From Callorhinchus milii (taxonomy: Eukaryota), in assembly GCF_018977255.1 (NCBI RefSeq), contig NW_024704742.1, forward strand, positions 43,960,001 through 44,024,000: 64,000 nt of DNA, written 5' to 3'. The position numbers were made by a program, and so were the translations under genes. The notes below the pieces were generated by a model. It searched no databases. It was not told the DNA's origin and worked only from the letters and a program-made list of their open reading frames with translations. Each line of letters begins with the position of its first letter. Positions within the stretch are counted from its first letter, which is position 1. Below, in pieces: positions 45,601-59,769 of this stretch.

Positions 45601-46142
45601 TAAGAGCTTCCTGTTTTCAGCTAATAAAATAGTATTTGGGTTCAGTTCTTAATATCTCAAATAAGGATTAACTTCAAAACAGTTTCTCAATGCAAATTGA
45701 TCTAAATTGAGCCTGGTTAGGTTTCAGGCAACAAGTTTATCTGTTTCACGTGAGAATAAATTACAAGAAGGTGATAGGATGTGGTTAACCTGCACAAATG
45801 TATTGTTAAGGTCAGATTACAAACATTTATTTTGATGCTGATGTTCCCTGTTTCTATGGCGTGGTGTTCATGCAATAATATTTGAGGCCCTTCCATATCC
45901 TCAGAGTATTTTTTTCTTGTACTGTCAACAACAAGAAGTATTTATACAGCGCCCCTTGCACCAAGTAGTGTCCCAGAGCGCTGTCAAAGCATATTATTTT
46001 CGCTGTAATAATACAAAAGGTTAAACTGTGCAGCACGAGAACCATTCTTTTCATTATGGCTTTGGCTTACAGGATTGAGGACATTTCTGTTGAGTACACA
46101 GGTAACCACACACTGGGGAATCAATCCTTCCACTTTCTGCTC

Positions 46143-46525
46143 TGTTTGACTTGATGCTGCACCTTTGTGTGTAGAGGAACCACCTAGTGCAGCTCTAAAC
46201 CATACACACCAGAAGGTACAGGATGGGTCATCAAGAAGCGACGCATGGGAGTGTCAGAATAGACTATATGAGTTTCAAGTCCCTACACAGGGCTTAAACC
46301 CACAACTTTCTGATTCAGAGAGTGCTACTACCTGAGCAGGCTGACATACCAAGTATTGCTGAAAGACATTAAGATTGAAACTGTGAGCAATCAAAGTATT
46401 GTGTGTTCATGGACACTCCCATGCGTCGCTTCTTGATGACCCATCCTGCTACCTTCTGGTGTGTATGGTTTAGTGCTGCACCAGGTGGTTCCTCTACACA
46501 CAAAGGTGCAGCATCAAGTCAAACA
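46143..46525. repeat. Long inverted repeat: arms 46143-46255 and 46412-46525, spacer 156 bp
   Basis: Arms differ by 2 substitutions and a 1-nt indel. Confidence 0.93.
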
Positions 46526-48452
46526 AGTCCATAGGAATGGTACTGAATCTTATCTGATTGGACAGTGCTTCTTGCTGCTTAAGATTAGGTATCAGTAGTA
46601 ATGATATATTTATTACCATTCAACTAAATCGCCATCATGCTTGTGATTTACCTGAACCAGAAAATCTAGCTTTTATCCCAGTTTAGTTTCTAAATATAAG
46701 TACTTTTACTGCCCTCTAGTGCGCAATCCCAAACATTTTTTTTAAACTTCCATTCGTGATTATTAAAAAATATTTTGGATGTAATATTTATTTCATATTT
46801 TCTATTCACTAACCAAAATATGCAACATTTAAATGCATTTACAAAGTGACCGGATTGAAATCTCACAAAAATCATTAATAGTATTATTTTGCATGATTGG
46901 TCCAAATAATATTTTTATTGTATGTTGTTGTCACTATAAGTGCATAATACTTTAATGTGTATTGCCCTTTCAATACATAAATTATTATTATTATTTATTA
47001 TCATAAGACACTTAGAATCACATAAATTAATGCACTGGAGGTCATTTGGCTCATCAAACTTATGCTCGCTCCTCCACTGAATCTATCTGCTCCAGTCCCA
47101 TTCTCTGATCTGTCCATGTACACTTTTATATTCTTCTTTAAGTGTTTATCCAATTCCCTTTTAAATCCTGTTATGGTCTCAGACTCAATATTCACTTGTG
47201 CCAAAATATCATAATCTGTTCATTTGATGTAAAGCCTATCATGTCAAAATGTCTCTGTCTCAAATTTTGCAAAAATCTCTGAAATTAAATCTTCTAACAT
47301 TCCCCTTAACTCTTCCAAAGACAGTCCAAAGTATATGCATCCCACATCCCATTTGCCTTTTACCAATCCGCAGGAATAATCTTAATTCATTCTAAAGCTT
47401 TTAACAATTTGGAAAATCTCTGTTGGATTTTTTCTGAATTTTCTCTGTTCCAGTGAGAAGGTAAATATATGAATGTTTTTGTCTAGGCTTTATGAATTGC
47501 AGAGTTTTTTTTACATTTTAAAGCATTTGTATGTTACCTTAACATCAGCGAAGAACTGTAAGAACATAAAATTATTTCTGTCTTTCTTATTTGAAAACAG
47601 ATTTTTTTGTGTTCATTCAGATAAGGGATGTTAATACTATAGAAATGCAATTCTTTCCGATTTCGAACATCATTGTAAGGATTAATCACTTCAGGTTGGG
47701 TTAGTTCTAACACAGTAAGACAAAGAGAAAAGGTCCTCTACTTTATCCAACAATGCATCTCAGACCCAAGCTCAGACATTCTACTGCATTCATGCAACAT
47801 TTCCAATACTCCTTGAGGCTTCTCGGAGTGAGATTGCCAAATTAATATTACATTTTAGGAGGTGAAGGTCATCAGAAGGTGAGGGTTATTGTTGGGTTAT
47901 GGAAAAAGTAGGTAGTGGCTGAAAGGTGCTAACAATTATTCCTAGCAATATTGTGTGTGTTCATAATGTAAATTGAGTTTAAATGTCTGTAAACCTGCAT
48001 AAGATTCTGGAAAATAATTGGAAACAGATCACTTACATTCCTAATGTGAAGCAAAAGTCCATAGTTTAATAGAAAATCACTTTTTCCAATCCATAAGGAA
48101 CTACTACTACTCCTTGGCAGCGAGGAAAGCTGTTTGTTTATGTCTGGACAGAATTAAAATCTCCCCCATTGTGCTTTTTTACTACTTGAACAACATTTGA
48201 TAATTCTTTAATTATAAACAAGCACTATGAGGGTATAACGTTGTTTAGTGAATTTTAATTGGGTAAGAAGTTTCCCTTTAAACGGCTCCTGCATGAGTGA
48301 CAATGCTACAGTAACTTTAAGGTCAATAATTAAGGAAGAGAGAATGAAAATCAAGTTAAAATCGGAATCTACTGAGTAAGTCATGGTACTGTAGAATTAA
48401 GTGCAGGAACTGAGACTAACTTTGCATCCAAAGGAGAAGGAAATGCATATTA

Positions 48453-48860
48453 TTAGCCTGTCTCAGTGGTAGCTCTCTCACCTCTGAGTCAGAAGGTTGT
48501 GGGTTCAAGCCCCACATCGGGACTTGGAATCACATCGTCTCCAATGCAGTGCAGGGGTTGTTGCATTGTCAGAAGTGCTGTCCTTCAGATGAAATGTTAA
48601 ATCGAGGTCCCTTCTGGTTGTTCAGATAGATGTTCAAGAGAAGGGATATGTTTCTCCCAGTGTCCTGGCAAACAAATCTGCAAATAAAGTTGTTCATTCA
48701 CTCCATGGCATTTTATGGGACACTGCTGTGCACAACTGGCTCCCCTGTTTCACTCACAAAATACACAGTCAATACACTTTATAGTATATCCTGTGAAGTG
48801 CTTTGAGACATCTTAATGACATGATGAATCACTATATCAAATGCAATTATTATTATAATA
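48453..48860 (+). mobile_element. Family B DeuSINE-like SINE, near full length
   Basis: ctcagtggtagc..tctgagtcagaaggttgtgggttcaagccc head, Deu-like body and tail. Confidence 0.8.
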
Positions 48861-49675
48861 TTTAGAATAATTGGCAAATGATTCTTATCTGGTAAAGGAA
48901 AGTGTTTCAATATTTATATAAAATGAGTTGCATTGTTATTGCTTGTGCACTGTTAGTAGTATATTTAATTTTTCATGTTAGATTTTGTATTAAGTAAACT
49001 AAGCATAATTTATTTGGGGAGTTCTCTTACAGATCAATTTGGATAAACCCTAACTGGTATCAGATTGAGCTTTAACGCCCTCATTCTCTTGCAGTGAATC
49101 ACTGGAAAATTACAGTAATTTACTAAAATAAATTACTCAAGTACATTAAAGCATTTGGTCATAAGTCTGATTTTCCTCTACAAAATAAACCATGTCTGTT
49201 TGTGTATCTGCCTTAATAAATATTACTCATGTACACATTACATACAAATATAATAGTGATTACTATGATACACTATTAAACATTTGTGCCTGCTTTTTAA
49301 GCAGATTAAATAAATTACGGTAGAAAAAATATTTTTTTACTACTGTCAACAATTTAAAATAGGAACACACGTAACTCATCTTGTCCATCGAGTCTGCGCC
49401 ACAATAAATTCCGCATTTAGATATTTTTTTAGAACGGATATTGTGGGATTTCTGTGAAAAAAATAATGCCTTTAACATAACTTCTGCTACTGGCCTTCCT
49501 CATGCCAACACCTGTATGCATCAGCCTGACTCAGTTGGTAACAGTCTTGCTTCTGAGTCACAAGGTTTGTTGGTTCAAGCTTCACGTCAGGACTTGAAAC
49601 TCACATAGTCTAAGCCGACACACCAGTGCAATGCTGGGGGTGGCTGTATTGTAGGAGGTGGCGCCTTTGGATGAG

Positions 49676-49764
<89 letters not shown>

Positions 49765-50065
49765 CCTTGCATTTGATATAGCGCTTTTCACGTCGGGAGG
49801 ACGTCCCAAAGCGCTTCACAGAATACACTGTAAAGTGAATTGACTGTATATCTGTGGGCGAACGCGGCAGCCAATTGCGCACAGCAATGTCCCACAAACA
49901 GTCGTAGATTGAAAATGACCAATTTATTATTGTTTTGGGTTTTGGAGGGATTATTATTAGGCGTGTGGAGTAAGGAAACTTGCCCAAGGTTTCGCCCTGT
50001 CTGGAATTGAACCCAAGTGTCTCGCTTGCAAAGCGAGTGCTCTAACCACTGAGCTACAGGACTCC
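49676..50065 (-). mobile_element. Young family A SINE with about 29 TTA tail units, nested in a family B SINE
   Basis: Intact head and long (AAT)n at 49676-49764. Confidence 0.9.
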
Positions 50066-51734
50066 CCGTTTGCCTGTACAGGTGGATGTTATAGATCCCA
50101 TGACACTATTCGAACAGAGAATGGAGTTTCTCCTGGTGTCCTGGCCAACAATCCTTCAAATAAAATTAAGATGCCTGATTTCAAACATTTATTTTATGCC
50201 TCAAACAATGTTCAATGAAAATATAAATTCAATATATTTTAAACCAGTTCCTCCATTTTTTAATTTCAATAAACCAGAGTTAAAACAAAATACATGGAGA
50301 CCTCTTTGCTTTATGAACTATTAACAACATATTCTCATTTGACTGACAGATTAAGAAAAGAGTGGCAATGGAGAGTCATGTTGGTTTTCAAGAATTAGTT
50401 ACATAGGGTAACAGTAAACAACAATAAGTAAATCACAAATGAGCCAGTAGTAAATGTACGGAAAGGTTCCCAGGCACCCCGTGGAAACAGAAAGTGTTGA
50501 TTCTTTCAAAAGCAAATGAGATAGATTTCTTTTAGGAAATAATATCTTGGGATACAGTATATGCTTTAGGGTATGACATGTGCATGTGACTGCAAGGATG
50601 ATGGAAGATGAACTGGATTTTCGTCTCGTAAATCCTTATGCTCTTATGTAAATAATTGTGATCTCTATAAATGATGTATCTGATCTCAACTGGGGCAGGC
50701 AGCAATTCGGACACTGGTGCACACGCCTAATAATAATCCCTCCAAATTCATGGTGGATTAGCCAATGTTTCCACTGCTAGTTGTTGGCCAGTGAGAGTGG
50801 AACTTGAAAGAGGTGAGGGAAGGGGCACTCCAGGATGAAGTTCCAGAGAATGGGGGTATGTAGGATGAGAGCCCCCAATGATGGGGCAGATAGATGTAGA
50901 GGTAAATACAAATTTAAACAGGCTTAGAAATTAAGAAAATGAACCCAGAACAATATTCTTGAATGCATCAACACAACAGAACAAGAGGGCACAGCAAGAT
51001 ACTAGGTTTGGAGCCCTGAGAGTTTGCACTGAGGTACTGTGAGAATATAATCAACTAAAACGGCATAGCATGCCATTGAGAGCAATGTTTGGCCAGCATC
51101 CAGCAAGGACATTCCAACCATTGCAACTTTTGACTTTCGGGGTAACATGAGCCAAGTGGAAAAATCCCTGCCCGGTCATTGGACATTTAAAAAATAGCTA
51201 GGTGCTGTGACAGGAAGACGGTAAACCCAGTCTTTTACATGTTCCTTCTTGGCAATATCATTGACTAACTGTACACTGAACGTAGGTGGATGACAATCAA
51301 ATCTACTTTTCCACTCCAGCCTTCTCCATGCTACCAAAGATGGCTGAGCTTTCAGTTCCTATGCACTTGATGTCTGGCACTCCCACACCTCTACCCCTCC
51401 ATCTTGCCCCCTCTCTTTCTGAATTTAAGTCCTACTTCAAAACCTACCTCTTCAAATGCAGGTATGGCCGTCTCCTCCTCCCCTCTTCTCCATTCTCCAT
51501 TACTTGGCATCCAACCCCAATCCTTGTAAATCGCTCCAAGACACTACCCTACATAGACACTAATCACATCAGCTGAGCAAGAAAGGGAACTTGCTCCTCC
51601 CTGACTGTTGAGTGATGAACTCTGAGAAATCGGGTCTGAGACATTGAACTACCAGCTGGCAGATCATGGCCTTCGACTGCTAGTTCACAGAAACCTGGCT
51701 CTTCAGTAAATAAGAAACTCAAAAGGTCTTTAGT

Positions 51735-52050
51735 GGAGTCCTGTAGCTCAGTGGTTAGAGCACTCACCTCTCAAGCGAGAGACCTGGGTTCGATTCTCAG
51801 CACGGCAAAACCTTGGGTAAGTTTCCTTACTCCACACGCCTGATAATAATCCCTCAAGAAAAAAAAACAATAATAAATTGGTCACTTCAATCCACGACTG
51901 TTTGTGGGACACTACTGTGTACAATTCACTGCCACATTTCGCTCACAAATATACACTCAATTCACTTTACAGTATATTCTGTGAAGCGCTTTGAGACGTC
52001 TAGAAGACGTGAAAAGCCCTATATCAAATGCAAGGATTATTATTATTATT
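51735..52050 (+). mobile_element. Family A SINE
   Basis: Full head, core and tail. Confidence 0.87.
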
Positions 52051-53402
52051 TATCCCACTAGCCAACAATCAAAGGTGATGATCCACAAGATGGAAATCCA
52101 ATGTAGTGTACCCAGTTTCTTTGACTTCATCATTGAAAACAGCATCAGAATAGTATTATTACTATTATTATTATTACTGTAATATTAACCATAAAGAGCT
52201 AAAGTAAACAATTGAAAACATGGTAAAAATTCAAACCGTTCACCTATTCTCTACCCAGGTATTCTATTGTTTGAACATTTTCTTCTTCCGTCTCTTTTAT
52301 TGATTTTTTGTTCTGCCTCCGGCTCCACGTTTATTAGATTTGTTTTCCCTCTGAATTATTATCTTTTCACTCACTCTGGTAATTATTATTCTTTGTGTAT
52401 ATTTTACAGTTAGTGATTGGTTCGATTCACTGTATTTTTGTAAAGTACATTTTGTGAAGTTCTTGTTCCTTTTACCTACCTTATTGCTGTTGTTCTGCTT
52501 TAGGTTTTCTTCAATGGGTACTTTCCATGTTTTCTCATATCACCATCCCGAGTCACTATTAGAGAGCTTTAGATGTCAATGATGACTGAATTTCCTGTGG
52601 TTTATTTCATATGACTCTCACCCATTCTCTGTCAGAAACAAGTAGGTGGAATTGTACTTCTACACTCCCACCAAATAATGATACATTGAAACCATACACA
52701 TGTTGCATAGGTCAAGCTGCAGACAGTGCTGTGCAATAAATCTGAATCAAGACGACAGCACAAGTGAAAACTGTGGTCACGTACATTAACACCCACATAT
52801 TTTGATGAAACACAAATTATTTCCCCTCAAGCTAACATTATAGACTCTTTTATTAAAGATACATTTCTTGGTAAACTATTGTAATCTTTAAAGTGACGGA
52901 AAAGTGCTAATAAATAGAACAGTATTTCCACTTCCAGGACTGAGCGAGGCAGAGTAAATTTCCTTCTATTCTATTTCAACAATATGCCTTAACCTCAATT
53001 TAAGAGGAGCACCGCCTATAAGTACACTGGGATGTTACCCCGTGTGAAGGGCGTTAAATAAATGCAAGTTGTTGTGGTGACATTTTTCATTTCAAGCACC
53101 CACAGTTCTGAAGGCCTCTTGAAATTGAGGTTGAGCGTGGGGTATTCGCAAACTGGGCGCTGCTGCACCAGGTGCCAGCCTGTTCAGTGGATAGTACTCA
53201 TCTCTGAATCAGGAGATTGTAGGTTCATGGGGACGGGACTTTGAACTTATAGTCTTGGCTGACACTCATAAAGGATAGAAATCTACAGCGGAGAAGGAGG
53301 CCATTTGGATCATTGAGTCCACACTGACTCACAGAGAAAGCAGATCAATTTAATCCCACTGCCCTGCCTTACCCCATACCCTTTCAAGCCCCTCTTGCAC
53401 AA

Positions 53403-53631
53403 GAAACCTTGGGCAAGTTTCCTTATTCCACACGCCTGATAATAATCCCTCAAGAAAAAAAAACAATAATAAATTGGTTATTTTAATCCATGACTGTTTG
53501 TGGGACACTGCTGTGTGCAATTGGCTGCCGCATTTCGCCCACAAATATACAATCAATTCACCTTACAGTCTATTCAGTGAAGCGCTTTGAGACGTCGAGA
53601 AGATGTGAAAAGCGCTATATCAAATGCAAGG

Positions 53632-53672
<41 letters not shown>
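53403..53672 (+). mobile_element. Family A SINE lacking the tRNA head
   Basis: Starts at gaaaccttgggcaagtttcc; (TTA)n tail. Confidence 0.82.
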
Positions 53673-53675
<3 letters not shown>

Positions 53676-54284
53676 CTCTACCTGTCTAGTTCCCTCTTGA
53701 AAGACACAATGGATTCCGCCTCCACCTTCATGGACCTTCTGTTCCTGGGAATCACATAATTGCATTCACAAAACTTTAGTTTCTATCAGCAAAATGACTT
53801 CTGGTTGCAAAAGCTGTACCCCCATTTTACACTCAATGACAATTTTGTGCCAAAGTGTAGGTGGTACTGTGCAGTTCATTTACACTTACATTGAGCTGCT
53901 TTGAAGCTATGAAAATTGATAACATTAAAAATACTTACAGGAAGTAAAGAGAGGAGACTTATCCAATTTATTTGAACCATGATCGCAACGGTAAAAGAAT
54001 AATGTGCTGACTTCTTGCAACACCCTGAAAAACACGTTTTAAAACATTTTAATCAAATACTATACAGGCCAGCAATATTCAAGTCTTAAAAAAAGTCTAA
54101 TCTGATTTCTATCCTGTTGATAAAAGGTTACACATGGATCTTAATGCCCTCTATTCACATTATAAGGTACTTGAGAAAATATTGTCTTCAAATTAAGAAA
54201 AATAGTAGAATTGTCTCAGTGGAATCCGTTGTTTGGAATCAAGAAATTTGTAGTACAGAGGAAGACTGTTTGTGCTGGCTTCGT

Positions 54285-54665
54285 ATCGGGATCGAGGAGG
54301 GTGGAGGGCAGGGGGGGAAGGAGGGTGACCGAAGGCATGGTTGAAGAAGAGGGTCTTGAGATGGGTCTTGGAGGAGGCAAGGGAAGGGGCGAGGTAGAGG
54401 GACTGCGGGATAGAGTTCCAGAGGGTGGGAGCAGAATGGCTGAAGGCCTGACTACCAATGGTGGGGCAGGCGAGGCAGGGGACGTGAAGCTGGCTGGAGC
54501 CTGCTGAGCAGAGGGACGGGCATGTTGGTAGGGGGTTAGCAGGTTGCAGAGGTAGAGGGAAGCAAGATTATGGAGGGCTTTGAAATTGAGGACCAGGATC
54601 TTGAACTGTATCCTCTGTGTGATAGGAAGGCAGTGGAGTCGGGTGAGGATGGGGGTGTTAGGGTC
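54285..54665 (-). mobile_element. L2 LINE fragment
   Basis: LHCLPITQRIQFKILVL motif. Confidence 0.8.
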
Positions 54666-57600
54666 CATTCAGGGTATATTCTGTTCCATTTAGTGAACAC
54701 CAGCTTAATTCATATCGCCTGTCCCACCATCAGTTGGCGAGTTTTTCAGCTGTTTGCTCTCCGAGATTCTATCCCAGAGTCTGTCTTTCTTGCTCTCTCC
54801 CTTCCCAACTTTAAAGCCTTAAGACTTTTCTTTCAACTTTTTACTATCTCTCTCCCCCACTCCAGCACCTTTCACAGCGTTCCTCCCCCCAATTGAAGCT
54901 CTCAGTTGGCTTGGTAAATTGCTTTGAGACTTCTATGTCTCCCGAAGTGAAAGGTCCCATACAAATGTAAAATTGTTGCTGTTTTTATTTAAGGAATGCT
55001 CTACTTCAAATTTTACCCCGAAGTTTGATAACAGATTCAATAATAATCCTCGCATTTGATAAAGCCTTATCGCGTCTTTAAGACGTCTCAAAGCGCTTCA
55101 CAGAATATAATGTAAAGTAATAACTGACTGCATATTTTGTGAGTGAAACAATGGGATAATTATCACATTGAATGTGTTATGGAACATCACATTTTTCGCC
55201 CCATTAAATCAAATCTGCAATAAGCAAACCAGAGTCCATAAAATATTTTATTGTGAGGCGAGTAACTGGAATTTCCATTAAATTTATTAAAATAAAGTTA
55301 AATGCACATTCAAAATGTAAAGAACAATTCTGTGTATGGAAAATGGCTGTTCCATTCAGTGAAGCCATTTCATTAAAGTGATCCATGGAGAGGCTCTCAA
55401 TGTTGACGAGACCAAACAGCCTCTATTGTCATGCTGCTGCATTACTGGGAGTTAAGTACTAGACAAGTTCAGCTTGAAGGAAAATATATTTTGTGAGTAT
55501 GAAATAAAGTATGTGGGTTTTAATGGATGCAACCACACAGGATTTTCCTTTTTACTGAGGATGCCATTTTTAGTTTAAAGTCATTGCACAACACTGTCTG
55601 CAGCTTGTTTGCTGACCTATGTTACATGTGAATAGTTTTAACTTATCATCAATTTAAGGGAAGTGGTAACATTGGGAAATTCACAGTTGTATTTATTAAC
55701 CATTCACATCACATTGGAGGGGGGGGGGGGGGTGACAGAGCTGTGCATCCATGCATAAGTATGTGTATGGAGCACTGCTGATAGCTTTTCTGTAGAGCTG
55801 GCTTTACTGTCAATTTGTCAGTCAGTTGAAAATACAATGGCAATACAAGAGGCCACCTAAGTTTCAAATATAAACAGAACTCAGTTTGCATTGGCTGTGG
55901 TTATACATACTGTGGCTGGTGTAAAGTAAAACAGATCATAGATGACCTTATGCAGGTCATCTCATTTATATGGACACATTCAAGATTGGATTGGCAACGT
56001 CAGCATTATACTGTTGGCACCGAGACAACAAAAAATGTCAGGGCAGATAATTAAAATGACCAAGTCAAGCAATTGACAAACGTTCTTTTGATGACAGAGA
56101 GTGGGAATGCACACATTGCAACAAAGTTGCACTGGACTTACCTCTGTAAGAGAGATAGTGGTGTCTTTTAGCAATGTAAGCAAACATATTTTGGCATTCT
56201 TCACTTTTGTTCTACTGGCAAGCAGTACCATGCCAAGTTTATTTTGTGTTCCGTTTTTGCAGTACACTTAAAATGTATTTTGTTCCTTATTTCAGGAACT
56301 GGGTTAAAATCTGTTTCAAAATCTCCCTTCCCCAATGTCTGAATAATAGTTGGCCCCAAAGATTTTAGGAAGGCCTTCACTGCCATTTACAAATGTAGAA
56401 AAGCTTATAAATGGGACATTGGACAAACTGAGATTGGGTTGGGCCAGCATTCCCTCAATATATTCAGAAAGACTAGTCTTGGAGCTCAAAACTGATTCAG
56501 AATAAGCAGAAATCCAAGATGGCAAGGAACAAGCAGAAGAGCTGTAAAAATGTAAGGCACAGATATGACAATTGGGCTGGGGAATATTACAAAGTTATGG
56601 AAAAAGGCAAGTTCATGAAAAGATTTGAAAGCGAGGACAAGAATCTTGAATTTGAACAATGGGGAATTGGGAACGAGTGGCATCTTGCAAGAATGGGGAT
56701 AGTGGGTATCAGAGCATGTTCAGGGAGAGAATATGAGCTGTAGGATTTGGGGTGAGTAAGAACTTATCGGAAGTGTCGGTGGAGAAGTCAACAAAGAGCT
56801 TATTGACCAAATACAGAGAAATATGGTGTATATTTGTTGTGTGGAATGCAGGTTAGTGGCATAACTACTAAACTCATTTTAGTGTTTTTATTAACAAGAG
56901 AAATATACCAATTTCAATTAAAAATGTTTTTGATCATGTGACATTTCATTTTTAATGACCTTGACCTCTTTCACTGTCCATCCCTTCTCTTTTGTTTGTT
57001 TGGTTGTGGTCCTCTGTCTCACTGTTTTATTTAACTCTCTTTCTTCTTTTCCCCTTTGTGCATCCATCTGTCCACTTCAGACTCAAACAGATTGCAGTAC
57101 AAGCAGAACATGTGCAGTTACGTTGCTTATTCTTCACTTTGTTATGATTCACTAACAATATCTCACGTTTGATCAACACAATTGTGGTTTCCATAATATG
57201 CTCATTTTCAGTGCATTGAAGTGTTAATTTTAAAAGCAAAGCGTGGGATTTATTTGATTTTCTACTTTTGTTGAACTCATTTGCCTCAAGTTATTTTGAA
57301 ATCCTGTTTAAAGCCATTTAATTTTGTTTTTATTAGTTTCAGCATGGATGTTCACCCACAAAATACACATCACAGTGTAAAGGGCTTTGAGACATCTCAA
57401 TGGCATGATAAGACGCTACATCAAAGGCAAGGGTTATATTAGTTTTATCAAATACAAGGATTATTATTATTCTCATATTAAAAATTCAATCATACATTAT
57501 AGCATTACAAAGTACATGATTATTTATTCATGCATTAATCTAAAAATACATAAGGTGCTGCTTGAATATCAGTGGTGTCATGAATAAATGGCCTTGTGGC

Positions 57601-59769
57601 TGTTACAAACTATATTTCTTTACCCAAAGGACAGTCTAAGCTTAACTGCTTGACAAAACACTTCACAAAGATGGAACATATCTGTCAAATGAAATGGGAT
57701 TCAATGTATTCTAAGAATAAATGTTTTCCATCAACATATTTCAGTGAGTGACAAATCATTGCAGGAGTATCTCCAAATGTTTGTTTTGTAAAAGCTACTG
57801 AGACACATCTTTGCCAGTTGTGGTCCAGAGGAACATGTGAAACTATTTAGTTGCATTTTTGCAAACATCTTATAAAAGCACAACTAAATGACTTGGATTT
57901 TGTTTTATGTAAAGGCATAATTTTCTTTTGACTGATCTTACTTAAGTTTCTTTTTAATAATGTACTATAATGTACATTGCTAGCTTCCAGCAAGTTATTA
58001 AAAGGCAGCCTGCAAAATTTTAAATGTCATCTAGATTTGACAATTTTGTACTGAGTAAAATTCCCCTATTTATATCAATTTATAAATCAGTGCTGGTCCA
58101 CATAGAGAGAATTGAGTGTCTGGAGAGTGACGCCAACCCCAACACATGCTCTGACCTCAACAGATGGTGGTGCAGGGACTCCAGTGATCCAGAACTAACA
58201 ACATGTGCCATGTCACATTGTTTGAACCAGAATGCAGAGTCCCTAAAATGTTCTATTCCAACAGCTGTATATTTGCAAATCCATCGAATCAACAGCTCAA
58301 ACTGTTCAACTCTTCAACTGTGTACTGGATTTGTGACTACACTGATCTCTATATGCCAATGATATGCCTTGAGAGGAAAAACTGTGTAACTGCTAGGTTG
58401 TTAACTGCACAGATGAAAGTCCAGTGAAAAACTGACTGTTTTTCTACTGAAATCAGATAGGGAATATTTCTGACGCATCTTCTTTGACTGACATTCATGA
58501 TTTATTCTAACCACAGTAATATATTGCAGGATTTAAAGTAGCTAGAAATTAATCTGGAAGTTTTAATCGCCCATGTTCTGGAGTACAAATGTAAGACTTG
58601 GTAGGTAATACAATACCTATAATTGTACAATGCCTAAATCTTCAATTGAATTAACAAAAGTAGGTAATATTGTGTAAGGCACATCAATCTGAAAATACAG
58701 TGCTATCCAAAAAAAGTTACATTTTTGTACTTCAAGACTGTTTGTGGGACATTGCAGTGTTCAATTGACTGCCATCTTCGCCTACAGATACACAGTCAAT
58801 AACAACAACTTGGATTTATATAGAGCCCCTCACGTGGGGTAGCGTCAATGCACTTGTCAGTAAATTCTGTGAAACTCTTTGAGACATTTGATGATGTGAT
58901 AAACTTATATGAAATGCAGGAATTATTGATTATTACAACAACAACAACTTGAATTTATATAGCGCCTTCCACGCCGGACGACATCTCAGAGTGCTTCATA
59001 GGGAATTAGGGAATAATCTAATTGAACTTACTTTTGGTATGAAATCTTATCTTGTCAAACTGTCTTCAAACATTTCCCTCACTATTTTTTTTGATGAATT
59101 TGGGAGAAATATTAATCGGCACACTGGGAGAACTCTCTACTCTTGTTGAAAATAGTGCCATGGATGGGATCTTTAACTCAAACCTGAACCATTTGACCAC
59201 TCATGCAAAAAGGCACCTCCAACACACCATCAGCATTATGTGCTTGTCGCCCATGCTATAGCTTGTGATGCCTTTGAAGGACTAATAGTTGCTCTAAACT
59301 AATTCTTCCATTGCTGGTTTTGTGCCACACTAACAAATTATTAGTCATATTACCAAACAAGCCAGAAATTAAAATATGAAAAAAGAGGCCTTATTTACCT
59401 GTTCAGTTGGATGCAAAGAATCCCAAGGCACTATTCAAAATGAGAAGGGAGTTTCCCTCTGTATTCTGGCCAACAATCCACAGCCTCCCAATAAAATTAG
59501 TCATCCACTTCATATCTGTTTGTGGGACATTGCTGTGTATCCTATGAAGCAGTTTAGTTTGAGATATCCTCCCGATGTGAAAAGCACAAAACAAAATGTC
59601 AGGATTATCATTGTTACCTTCAACATTTCAACTTGAGCGTTGATGTGTCAGATAACATAAATTACTTAGTCTCTTTATCTGGGCAAAAAATTGCCTAGAT
59701 TAAATTCAAGTATTATAGAATTTTAAGTGTCAATTCCTATATGTTAAAAAGTTGACACTTGTCAGTCTA

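Noticed and set aside
49582..49987. Poly-Tyr/Ile/Leu ORFs
   Set aside because: These are translations of the (AAT)n SINE tail.
57030..57155. Strong polypyrimidine tract and CAG as a possible exon
   Set aside because: No convincing donor or recognisable peptide; a non-coding exon cannot be excluded.
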